Shown one piece after another: positions 50,467-59,198 of a DNA stretch of 64,000 bases. How positions within the stretch are numbered: position 1 is the stretch's first letter; every line of letters starts with the position of its first letter. Below the pieces are notes generated by a model. The model ran no database searches. It worked only from the letters and a program-made list of their open reading frames with translations, and was not told the DNA's origin. The position numbers and the translations under genes are program-made. The stretch comes from Candidatus Moraniibacteriota bacterium (lineage in GTDB: Bacteria; Patescibacteriota; Minisyncoccia; Moranbacterales; UBA1568), in assembly GCA_028688415.1 (NCBI GenBank), contig JAQTYF010000001.1, positions 464,627 through 528,626 on the forward strand. The letters run 5' to 3'.

Positions 50467-52005
50467 ATGAATCACACCAGAAAGTTCTTTATCTATACAC
50501 GAAAGAGTACCGATACGGAAGATCGGCAGGTCAGAAGCATTTCGGATCAACTGGCCGAACTCAAAGAATTGGCGGTAAAAGAAAATATCGAGGTTGTTGA
50601 TGTCTTTGTGGAAAAACAGACCGCCAAAGTCCCCGGCCGACCAGTCTTTAATGAAATGCTTCTACGTATCGAAGCAAATGAAGCGAGCGGGATTTTATCG
50701 TGGCATCCCGATCGTTTGGCTCGAAACTCCGTAGATGGTGGCAAGATCATCTATTTGCTCGATACGGGAAAAATAACCGAACTGAAATTTCCAACGTTCT
50801 GGTGTGATCCGACACCGCAAGGAAAGTTCATGCTCTCCATCGCTTTTTCCCAATCCAAGTATTACGTGGACAATTTGAGTGAAAATATCAAGCGTGGGCA
50901 CCGCAACAAAGTGAAGGATGGTATCTGGCCTCAAATGGCTCCTCTGGGGTATGTAAACGTCAAAGGAAGAGGTATTGCGCCACATCCAGAGCTTGCGCCC
51001 CTCATATGCAAGGCATTTGAGGCCTACGCCACAGGCAACTTCACTTTGCGTCAGATTCGCGAAAAGTTTAACGCGCTTGGATTGAAAGGAAAAAGTACAG
51101 AGCTTTCAGTGTCGAACTATCAGACGATTCTCCATAACCCTATCTACTGCGGATTGATCCGCTACAATGGCGAAATCTACGAAGGTAAGTACGAGCCGAT
51201 TATCCCAAAGAAACTTTTTGATCTCTGTCAGGAAGTGATGACAAGAAAGAGCAAGCCGAAAGGCAAAGGTTTGAAAACATATTTGTATCGAGGATTTTTC
51301 CGTTGCGGAGAATGCGGGTGTTTCATTACAACCGAAACACAAAAAGGTCATAACTATTTGCGATGTACGAAACGGAAAAATCCTTGTTTGCAAAAATATG
51401 TCCGTGAAGAACTCATCACTTCTCAAATTAAAGAAGAAATCAAAAAAGTTTCTTTGCCACTCGATTGGGCAAATTGGATGATTGTCGAAAATGAAAAAGA
51501 CCGACAATCAGAAAATCAACCAAGCGAGCTTTTTGCTCAAAAAACCAAAGATGAAATTTCTCTTTTGGATTCTAAAATTGAGAAGCTGATGACTGCGTAT
51601 TTAGAGAGTGTGCTTTCATTGGAAGAATATCGAACAATGAAAAGCAAGCTGGTCAATCAAAAACAGCTTCTCAAAGAGAAATTGGCTGCTTTTGAGCAAA
51701 AAGCGAATAATCGGTTCGAACTCACTAACAAGTTTCTAAAACTCAATCTGGAAGCCAAGGAATTGGCAAACGAGCGAACAGACGAAGAAAATCTTCATCT
51801 GTTCAAAAAGATCGGTTCGAACTTTATTTTGGAAGCTCGAACCATATCTTTTGAGCCCCGCTCCGCGTGGCGCATCCTCTCAGATCGGGGATTTCGTGGG
51901 GGGAACGCAGAACAGACGGCGCTACGCGTCGACGCTATTTCTTCTCCAATTTTGAATTCCGAATTTTTGCGGAGAGGGAGGGATTCGAACCCTCGAGAGT
52001 TGTAA
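50467..52005 (+). CDS. Large serine recombinase (resolvase + recombinase + Zn ribbon + coiled coil)
   Basis: YTRKST catalytic Ser, DRLARN, APLGY, CGECG..C..C; last 12 codons lie antisense in tRNA-Ser. Confidence 0.95.
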   Translation: MNHTRKFFIYTRKSTDTEDRQVRSISDQLAELKELAVKENIEVVDVFVEKQTAKVPGRPVFNEMLLRIEANEASGILSWHPDRLARNSVDGGKIIYLLDTGKITELKFPTFWCDPTPQGKFMLSIAFSQSKYYVDNLSENIKRGHRNKVKDGIWPQMAPLGYVNVKGRGIAPHPELAPLICKAFEAYATGNFTLRQIREKFNALGLKGKSTELSVSNYQTILHNPIYCGLIRYNGEIYEGKYEPIIPKKLFDLCQEVMTRKSKPKGKGLKTYLYRGFFRCGECGCFITTETQKGHNYLRCTKRKNPCLQKYVREELITSQIKEEIKKVSLPLDWANWMIVENEKDRQSENQPSELFAQKTKDEISLLDSKIEKLMTAYLESVLSLEEYRTMKSKLVNQKQLLKEKLAAFEQKANNRFELTNKFLKLNLEAKELANERTDEENLHLFKKIGSNFILEARTISFEPRSAWRILSDRGFRGGNAEQTALRVDAISSPILNSEFLRRGRDSNPREL

Positions 52006-52056
52006 CACTCTACCACGTTAGCAGTGTGGGGCCTTCAGCCGCTCGGCCACCTCTCC
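51970..52056 (-). tRNA. tRNA-Ser(GCT)
   Basis: GGAGAGG/CCTCTCC acceptor stem, CTGCTAA anticodon loop, long variable arm, GGTTCGAATCC; CCA not encoded. Confidence 0.96.
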
Positions 52057-52069
52057 TTTTTTGCTTTAT

Positions 52070-53080
52070 CTAAGCCATTTTATATCTTTCCAAGTGTTTC
52101 GGATTATGTGTCCCGACGACCTGAAAATACTTTTCGACATCCTTCCTCGCTTCTATACGTATATCCCAACCATTTTTCATTATGCGGTGTTTGATACCTA
52201 AAATCAAGAGGATCTCACTCGCTGACTGGAGAAGCGGATGTGATCGACTGGTAAAACCAATCTTTTTGTAACAATATCTCTTCCCTTTTGAGAGGTACTT
52301 ATGCAGTATAATACAACCATCAGTATCAATCAAGCCACGCAGGCAAGCAATGGAATAGCACTGATTTTTCTTTACCCATAACGGAATGTCGACTTGTTGC
52401 TTTACTTTGTTCCCCTGCTTCAATCCTAGTTCATCAATAAGATACGTGATGAGAGCAGTTCGTGAGACCATAATACGTTCAGCAAGAAATTTCTTATTCA
52501 GACAAACCCCAAAAGAAACCTCAAAAAGATTGTTGATTAATTGCTGAACAAATATTGAGTACTTTTTATCGGTTAGAGTGTTGAGGGTAATTGTAAATTG
52601 ATGTTTACTTATTCCTCCGTCTCCGAGCATTATTCCGACAAACTCAGCGAGGTCTTCTGACGGTGTCGGTCTCTTGAAAGGAAGTGCTTGAGTAATTTTT
52701 GATGGGTTGAGATGTCCTTCTTTTTCCCACCATTCTCGCCACTTCGTTTTGCGATATTCGGGGTCACCTCCTACGATGCCGTATTTCTTCAGAACTGCTT
52801 TTCCTCCAGCTGATGAACCTTGCTTGGTATACCAATAAGCATCTTTGATAACAATGTTTTCCGGCATTTCTCTTTTTCTTTTCTTGCAAATCTGCTCGAC
52901 AGCAAAAAGTGACATCGAAATTTTTTCATTCCTCCAATCATTGAGATTGCGCACGCTCGTCCCAGCGACTTCCGCTAATTTTTCCCACGTACCAAAAAAT
53001 TCTTCTTTCGATTGCAAAAGAAACTCTTTTTGTTTTCCTTTTGGAAATATAACTCTTTTAGAATTCAACTGTTCAGCCAT
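52070..53080 (-). CDS. HTH + double-motif LAGLIDADG-like protein
   Basis: LAEFVGIMLGDGG and CLRGLIDTDGC motifs; N-terminal LAEVAGTSVRNLNDW HTH. Confidence 0.85.
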   Translation of the reverse strand: MAEQLNSKRVIFPKGKQKEFLLQSKEEFFGTWEKLAEVAGTSVRNLNDWRNEKISMSLFAVEQICKKRKREMPENIVIKDAYWYTKQGSSAGGKAVLKKYGIVGGDPEYRKTKWREWWEKEGHLNPSKITQALPFKRPTPSEDLAEFVGIMLGDGGISKHQFTITLNTLTDKKYSIFVQQLINNLFEVSFGVCLNKKFLAERIMVSRTALITYLIDELGLKQGNKVKQQVDIPLWVKKNQCYSIACLRGLIDTDGCIILHKYLSKGKRYCYKKIGFTSRSHPLLQSASEILLILGIKHRIMKNGWDIRIEARKDVEKYFQVVGTHNPKHLERYKMA

Positions 53081-53163
53081 ATCTCCATAATAGCACAAAA
53101 CGTATGTATTCCAAAAAAAATTGTTTTCTCTGCTATACTAAAGAGAACCAATATGTACCACCT

Positions 53164-53766
53164 ATGAAAACACGATGTCAGTGGGTGCCGGAGGGAGATG
53201 CACTCTATGAAAAATATCACGATGAAGAATGGGGTGTCCGCACGTATGATGATCGGAGACTATTCGAGTTTCTCGTGCTCGAGAGTGCGCAGGCCGGTCT
53301 CTCGTGGGCGACGATTCTCAAAAGACGATCAGGATACAAGAAAGCCTTCGTCAATTTTGATCCGAAGAAAGTGGCAAAGTTCACTCGTCGTGATATCGAG
53401 AGACTCTCGAAAGATGCTTCTATCATCAGACATCGCCTCAAAATAGAATCAGCGGTGAGCAATGCGAGACTCTTCCTCGAAGTACAGAAGGAATATGGAT
53501 CGTTCGCCAACTATCTCGCTCAGTTCCTGAACCCTTATCAAGACAAGAAAAAGAAACGCTCTTTCGCAGATGTTCCTCTCTTCACAGAGGAAGCAGAAAT
53601 GCTTGCCAAAGATTTGAAGAAACGTGGGTTCAAATTCTTTGGTCCGCTCATCGGTTATGCATATATGCAGGCGATCGGTATGGTGAACGATCACACGACT
53701 GACTGCTTCCGATACAACGAAATCGAAAAAGAGAAGGATTTACTTAGCGGTCCAACCGCTAAGTAA
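53164..53766 (+). CDS. tag: DNA-3-methyladenine glycosylase I
   Basis: RCQW, YHDEEWG, LESAQAGLSW, GMVNDH...C. Confidence 0.95.
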   Translation: MKTRCQWVPEGDALYEKYHDEEWGVRTYDDRRLFEFLVLESAQAGLSWATILKRRSGYKKAFVNFDPKKVAKFTRRDIERLSKDASIIRHRLKIESAVSNARLFLEVQKEYGSFANYLAQFLNPYQDKKKKRSFADVPLFTEEAEMLAKDLKKRGFKFFGPLIGYAYMQAIGMVNDHTTDCFRYNEIEKEKDLLSGPTAK

Positions 53767-53779
53767 ATAAAAGGAAATA

Positions 53780-53815
53780 AAAAAAACAACCCCGATCGCT
53801 CAAGGTTGTTTTTTT
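53780..53815. terminator. Bidirectional terminator
   Basis: aaaaaaacaacc...ggttgttttttt between convergent genes. Confidence 0.7.
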
Positions 53816-53855
53816 GGATTGCATCAAGAGAGTTGCCTACCTCGATGCATCGCTA

Positions 53856-54182
53856 CTACCAACGGCTTGCGCCCTGATCATTGCTTCCGCTGTTGTTGTA
53901 ACTGCGGTTGCCACCAGTGCGAGGAGCACGCTCTTCCATAGGACGAGCTTCGTTGACAGTGAGTGTACGTCCGTCGAGTTCTTTGCCATTCCAGAGAGCG
54001 ATAGCTTTTTGAGCATCTTCTTCTGAAGCCATCTCAACAAATGCGAAACCGCGTGAGCGACCTGTCATTTTGTCGATGATGATTTTGGCAGAAACGACTG
54101 CACCTGCTTGAGCAAAAGCTGCTTGCAGAGCATCCTCGGTAGAACCGTAGGAAACGCCACCAACATACAATTTGGTTGCCAT
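53856..54182 (-). CDS. RRM RNA-binding protein
   Basis: KLYVGG (RNP2), RGFAFVEM (RNP1), LTVNEARP. Confidence 0.95.
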   Translation of the reverse strand: MATKLYVGGVSYGSTEDALQAAFAQAGAVVSAKIIIDKMTGRSRGFAFVEMASEEDAQKAIALWNGKELDGRTLTVNEARPMEERAPRTGGNRSYNNSGSNDQGASRW

Positions 54183-54370
54183 ATTCGAATCTACTAACCT
54201 GATTACTGTGTAAGGTGACCTTTCCCAGAGCCTGCAAAACAGGCTCCCTCTGGCTCTACTGCGAACATTCGAGATTTGGCAACCTCTGTCGTCGAGCGTT
54301 ACTCCAGAAAGAAAAACTTACAACACATCTATTGTAGCACAAAGAACAGAAAAAAGCAAGAGAAAAGGCT

Positions 54371-54571
54371 CTAATCAGAGGAACAGCGTCCATTTGTTAC
54401 CTGGATATCCAGCCGATTCAAAGCAATGACAGCCTGTTCTAGCGTCTCCCCTGCCTGCACCGTCATTTCTATCGTATCATCATTGATTTTCTTCACACCA
54501 AAACGTGCGATAAGTTCCTCGGTCGATGAAGAGAGAGGTGTGATGAGATCAAAAAGGAATGTTTTTTTCAT
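54371..54571 (-). CDS. Small hypothetical protein at the end of the Ehr operon
   Basis: MKKTFLF start with AGGAG RBS, 66 aa. Confidence 0.55.
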   Translation of the reverse strand: MKKTFLFDLITPLSSSTEELIARFGVKKINDDTIEMTVQAGETLEQAVIALNRLDIQVTNGRCSSD

Positions 54572-54593
54572 ACGCGTTCTCCTATTATAGACA

Positions 54594-56153
54594 CTACAAA
54601 TCATTTCCCGAATAGGAAAGATTGAAACTTTTGTTGATAAGTGGGAAATCTGGAACAACATTGTCGAAACCAGCACTCCGAAGAGCATTCCAGTTCACAA
54701 ACGACGGGTCCCGAGGAAACACACGACTCACTCGTCCGTCACTATCAGTGGTGATGAAATACATAATCTCTCCTCGCCAACCCTCTACCGCACTCAGTGC
54801 AAGAGCGTTCTTCTGAAGAACAATCGGCTCTGTGACATCCGCACGAATCAGTCCGAGAGGAAGAGTTTCGAGAAGAGAGGTAATAATATGGAACGATGTG
54901 TATACTTCTTTCACGCGTATATGGAATCGAGCGAATGCGTCACCCTCTGATTCGATAGGGATATCACCAAGAGAAACCATAGTGTATCCTGCATACGGAT
55001 AGTCCCATCGTGTGTCTTGTACGATACCGCTCGCTCGTCCTGCAACACCGATGATACCCATATCGCTCGCTACATCACTGACGAGTGTGCCGGTCTCTCT
55101 CATACGATTGAGAAGTGATGTACTGTTCTCTGCGACATCAATAATCTCTGTAAAATCTCGTTTAAGAGACTGTATCTCTTCTCCGAGCAGATGCTGTTGT
55201 TCTGGTGTCATGTCCCGAGTCACACCACCGACGACATTGACCCCGCGAAGAAACCGGCTTCCTGTCAATCGTTCATTGATACGAAGCACTGTCTCTCGAA
55301 TCCTCGCACCCTGAGCCCCACCAAAATTAAATCCTGTATCCATCATCATCGCTCCGATATCTCCGAAATGATTCGCGAGTCGTTCGAGCTCTGCATAGAT
55401 CACTCGAAGGGCGAGACCGCGTATTGGTACGGATATCGCTCCCAGTTGCTCGATTGCCTGACAGAATGCAAATGAATGAGAAAAAGAACTGTCTCCAGAT
55501 ATTTTTTCAGAAAGACGTACCTGATCACTCATTGACAACGCTTCGAACAATTTCTCAGTGCCTTTGTGAGTAAATCCAAGACGAGCTTCAAGAAGAACAA
55601 TACTCTCCCCTGCTACACTAAAACGGAAATGTCCCGGCTCGATAATCCCCGCATGAATCGGACCAACGGGAATTTCATAAATACCCTCTCCGGATACTTC
55701 CTGAAAATCGTATCTCCCACTCACTCTCTCTGGTCTCGTCTGCATATCAAAATCCAGGCGGAGCGGGAATACGTCCTCTGGCCAATGCTCATGCAAGATG
55801 AGTGATCGCAGATCGGGATGATCGACTGGGGTCAGTCCAAAAAAAGTATGTACACGTCGTTCATAATTCCATGCCGAATGAATGAATGGTGCGAGTGAAG
55901 GAAAATCCGTGGTATCACGGAGGAGAGTCGAAAGAACAACAAAGGAATGCTGTTTTGCATCACCAAAGACATACCAAAGATTGAAACCGTTTTGTGTTTC
56001 ACGTTCGTCCGTAGCAGTCATCAGTTTGAATACGAGATGATCTTTTTCTACAAGATCAATCGCTGTTTGTACGATATCAACAACCGGTACTTCTACAACA
56101 GTCATCGTACCAACAGTCATTGTTTTGAAATTTTTCGAAAATGAATAGGTCAT
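54594..56153 (-). CDS. Ehr large subunit (HyfG/HycE; NuoC-NuoD-like fusion) lacking Ni-binding cysteines
   Basis: GPIHAGIIEPGHFRF, HKGTEK, EKISGDSS in place of RxCxxC, EGWRGE, DPSFVNW, SFNLSYSGNDL. Confidence 0.93.
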   Translation of the reverse strand: MTYSFSKNFKTMTVGTMTVVEVPVVDIVQTAIDLVEKDHLVFKLMTATDERETQNGFNLWYVFGDAKQHSFVVLSTLLRDTTDFPSLAPFIHSAWNYERRVHTFFGLTPVDHPDLRSLILHEHWPEDVFPLRLDFDMQTRPERVSGRYDFQEVSGEGIYEIPVGPIHAGIIEPGHFRFSVAGESIVLLEARLGFTHKGTEKLFEALSMSDQVRLSEKISGDSSFSHSFAFCQAIEQLGAISVPIRGLALRVIYAELERLANHFGDIGAMMMDTGFNFGGAQGARIRETVLRINERLTGSRFLRGVNVVGGVTRDMTPEQQHLLGEEIQSLKRDFTEIIDVAENSTSLLNRMRETGTLVSDVASDMGIIGVAGRASGIVQDTRWDYPYAGYTMVSLGDIPIESEGDAFARFHIRVKEVYTSFHIITSLLETLPLGLIRADVTEPIVLQKNALALSAVEGWRGEIMYFITTDSDGRVSRVFPRDPSFVNWNALRSAGFDNVVPDFPLINKSFNLSYSGNDL

Positions 56154-56163
56154 AGAAAGTGTG

Positions 56164-57615
56164 TTAGTAATGAGCTACGACATCATCTATCAGTGTCTGG
56201 AGAAATGTCGGAAGCGTAAAACTCAAGACAATAATGAGAATCACGAAAAAAATCTGAGGAATAACAAGCCAGATATTTTTTTCTCCATGTTCTTGATCTC
56301 CTTCTTGCTCTGTACTCTCGGAAAGAAACATCGCAGTAATGTGCCGAAGGAAACCAATGAACACAAGTGTCATAAAGAAAATAGCAGAAAAAGTAACATA
56401 CGGATGTTCTGCAATACCTGCAGAAAGAATATAAATCTTGCTCAAGAATATCCCAAACGGCGGTGTCCCTGTCACGATAAGAAAACCAAGGATGAAAAGC
56501 ACACTCGTGACAGGGATGACGCGCAAGGCATTCTTTACATTACCTATTTTTGCCGATCCATACGTAAGGAGGAGATTGCCTGCAGAGAAAAACATCACGA
56601 CTTTCACACAGGAATGATAGATCATGTGAAGCACTGCACCGAGCACTCCGAGTCCCCCGAAACCAAAACCAAGAGCGATGATACCAGCGTTTTCGATACT
56701 CGAATAGGCGAGAAGACGTTTGTAATTTCTCGCGTTGAACATGATAAGTGCAGCGACAACAATAGAGAGGAGACCAAAGACAAGGAAGAGTTGATGAGAG
56801 AATGACTGTCCGACAACAGCATCGGTGATTCTCTGAAATCGAAGAATAACAAAAAATGCGACTGGGAGGAGCGCTCCAGCAAGCAATGCCCCGAGTGGTG
56901 CAGGAGCTTTACTATACGCATCTGGCTTCCACGTGTGCATCGGAGCGAGTCCTACTTTGGTTCCATAACCGATGAGCACAAAAACAAAAGCGATCTTGGC
57001 AATAAGCGGATCGAGATGATCGGTATTTGAAAGGAGATCACTCCACCCAATAAAACCGCCATTAAGTGTCGATGGAACAGATGTGAAATAGAGCATCGTC
57101 CCAAAAAATCCGAGGAGGAGACCAACAGCATTGATAATGAGATATTTCCAAGCACCTTCGATAGATGATGGTTTGTTATAAAAACTGATGAGAAATGCTG
57201 TCGAGAGTGTCGTCGCTTCGATAGCGATCCAAGCAAAGATAGGACTCGTGGCTGTCGTTGCTAGATACATCGCCACAAGAAAGACAAAGAGAAGTACAAA
57301 ATATTCCTTCACTCGTGTGAAACCGACAATCCCCTTCTTGGTTTCTTGATTGAAATAGGCAACCGAATAGAGAGATGTCGCACATCCAATACAACCGATA
57401 ATAAGGATGATGATCGCTCCAAGGGCGTCCACCGAAAAGAAGAGAGAAGATGTATAGATACCCTCATTCGCAACCGAGAGAGCAATAAGGAAAGAATACA
57501 CCAATACAACGACGCTCGAAAAAATAGAAAGGAGTTCGATGACACGTCGATTCTTGATCAAGACAAGAAGAAGAGAAGTAATAAAAAGTGTCGAAAGAAG
57601 AAGTATGAGGTACAT
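56164..57615 (-). CDS. hyfF: HyfF-like antiporter subunit
   Basis: WIAIEATT, GYGTKVGLAPMHTWKPDAY, KRLLAYSS. Confidence 0.9.
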   Translation of the reverse strand: MYLILLLSTLFITSLLLVLIKNRRVIELLSIFSSVVVLVYSFLIALSVANEGIYTSSLFFSVDALGAIIILIIGCIGCATSLYSVAYFNQETKKGIVGFTRVKEYFVLLFVFLVAMYLATTATSPIFAWIAIEATTLSTAFLISFYNKPSSIEGAWKYLIINAVGLLLGFFGTMLYFTSVPSTLNGGFIGWSDLLSNTDHLDPLIAKIAFVFVLIGYGTKVGLAPMHTWKPDAYSKAPAPLGALLAGALLPVAFFVILRFQRITDAVVGQSFSHQLFLVFGLLSIVVAALIMFNARNYKRLLAYSSIENAGIIALGFGFGGLGVLGAVLHMIYHSCVKVVMFFSAGNLLLTYGSAKIGNVKNALRVIPVTSVLFILGFLIVTGTPPFGIFLSKIYILSAGIAEHPYVTFSAIFFMTLVFIGFLRHITAMFLSESTEQEGDQEHGEKNIWLVIPQIFFVILIIVLSFTLPTFLQTLIDDVVAHY

Positions 57616-57618
57616 AGA

Positions 57619-58266
57619 TTAATCTGTTAAATTTTTCATAGTCGTTACATCGTGTGATCGAAAGTGTTTGTAAATCATCGAAACAAAGACCGTCGCGATC
57701 ATAATCCACACAAAAATATTAAAGAGTATTCCTATCTGCAAGTTCGGAGATTGTTCAAGTCCGGCAAAAATGATGAATACGACGATACTGTTTTCGAGAG
57801 ACAATATGCTCAGGATTTGAGAGAGAGCTTCTTTGCGATTGACGATGAGGAAGAGTGCAATGAAAATTGACGAAAGTGTGAGAGAAAGCAAGACTTGATG
57901 TTCTGGGACGATATGTGTGAGAGGAAGGAACTTGTTCGAGTGTGCCATAAATGTCAGTACGGCAATCAAGATGAGAGTGATAGGCATATTCAAATAGGTA
58001 TTCACCGAAAAAGAAAGATTGTTTTTTCGTATCAGTCGGAAGAAGAACATCGGTGCAAGTACTACTTTGATCACAAAAGTAAAAAGCACCATCAGAAGAA
58101 TAGAAGCATTTCCTGTCTCGAGAAAAGAAGAGAAGAAAAGAAGAGCGAGGACGAATGATTGTACACCAAATGCAACCACTGCGACAAAATTCTTTTTTGT
58201 CAGATGCATTACGACGAGTGTGAGAAATATCACATCAACAAGAAATTGGAGAAAAAGTATACTCAT
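57619..58266 (-). CDS. hyfE: HyfE-like membrane subunit
   Basis: Multi-TM, IK..LAP, LSLENS; operon position. Confidence 0.82.
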   Translation of the reverse strand: MSILFLQFLVDVIFLTLVVMHLTKKNFVAVVAFGVQSFVLALLFFSSFLETGNASILLMVLFTFVIKVVLAPMFFFRLIRKNNLSFSVNTYLNMPITLILIAVLTFMAHSNKFLPLTHIVPEHQVLLSLTLSSIFIALFLIVNRKEALSQILSILSLENSIVVFIIFAGLEQSPNLQIGILFNIFVWIMIATVFVSMIYKHFRSHDVTTMKNLTD

Positions 58267-59195
58267 AAAGAATGGACGAGGCCGATAGCCACAGCGTTAA
58301 GGATGAACGATGCTACGAGGAGATCAGGGAGACGGAAAAATCGAAACTTCGCCATACTTGATTCTATCAGAGCGATGACAATACAAAATACAAACAATTT
58401 CAGAAGGAGCGCTCCAATACCGATCAGAAGAGCGCTCATCGACACGCTCGAAGAGAGACCGATAGGAAAGAAAATATTCGCCCCAAGGGCAAAGAACACG
58501 ACAAGCTTGTTCGCTGATGCCCATTCCATCAGTGCGAGACGTTTACCTGAATATTCGAGAATCATTGCCTCGTGAATCATCGTAAGCTCGAGATGCGTCG
58601 CAGGATTGTCGAATGGAAAACGTGCCGTCTCTGCAAGGAGAACAATGAAAAATCCTGAGAATGCAAGTACAACAGGAATAAAGTATTGTCCATTATGAAA
58701 AAGCGGATGAGAGGCGATATCAAAAAGATCAGTCGTCCCCGCCATGAGTGCGAGTGTCAAAAGTGAGAAAATAAATCCCCCTTCAGCGAGAGCTGAAAGA
58801 GTCATCTCGCGACTCGAGCCAAACCCTCCGAAAGCTCCTCCAATATCCATACCAGAAAGAGCGAGGAAGAACGTTCCGAGAGCGAGTGCGTAGACAATTA
58901 CAAGTGCATCACTTGTAAGAGAGAGTCCTGACACAAGAGAGAAGAGAGGTATGTTCCAACCGACAAAGATCGTCACAGTAAAGACGATGAATGGTGCAAC
59001 AAAAAATATCCATGAAGCATCTCTACTCACACGTTCATCTTTGTGGAACAGCTTCCAGAGGTCTCGATATGGCTGTACGATACTGGCGCCCTGTCTGTTT
59101 TGCAACCTCGCCTTGATTTTTTTGATCACACCGACACACAGAGGTGAAACCACTGGAACAAACAAACCTTGAAGAAGAAAAAGAAAGAATGTCAT
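58263..59195 (-). CDS. hyfC: HyfC/HycD (NuoH-like) membrane subunit
   Basis: KARLQNRQG, QPYRDL.KL, GSSRE, R.PFDNPATHLELTMIHEAM.LEYSG. Confidence 0.92.
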   Translation of the reverse strand: MTFFLFLLQGLFVPVVSPLCVGVIKKIKARLQNRQGASIVQPYRDLWKLFHKDERVSRDASWIFFVAPFIVFTVTIFVGWNIPLFSLVSGLSLTSDALVIVYALALGTFFLALSGMDIGGAFGGFGSSREMTLSALAEGGFIFSLLTLALMAGTTDLFDIASHPLFHNGQYFIPVVLAFSGFFIVLLAETARFPFDNPATHLELTMIHEAMILEYSGKRLALMEWASANKLVVFFALGANIFFPIGLSSSVSMSALLIGIGALLLKLFVFCIVIALIESSMAKFRFFRLPDLLVASFILNAVAIGLVHSL

Positions 59196-59198
59196 AGG

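Larger units (their letters stand above)
44279..51972. mobile_element. ~7.7-kb integrative element at the 3' end of tRNA-Ser(GCT), encoding a large serine recombinase
   Basis: Bounded by GCGG junctions at 44279 and 51969; joining the two ends recreates the sequence found intact and inverted at 50108-50445. Confidence 0.75.

Noticed and set aside
50326-51972. 120-bp repeat pair as a DGR TR/VR
   Set aside because: The copies are inverted, mismatches are not confined to adenines, and there is no reverse transcriptase in the window.
54185-54330. Possible structured leader upstream of the RRM gene
   Set aside because: Only short hairpins are visible and I cannot assign a motif without a covariance search.
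54594-56153. Functional [NiFe] hydrogenase
   Set aside because: Both Ni-binding CxxC motifs are absent and there are no hyp maturation genes nearby.
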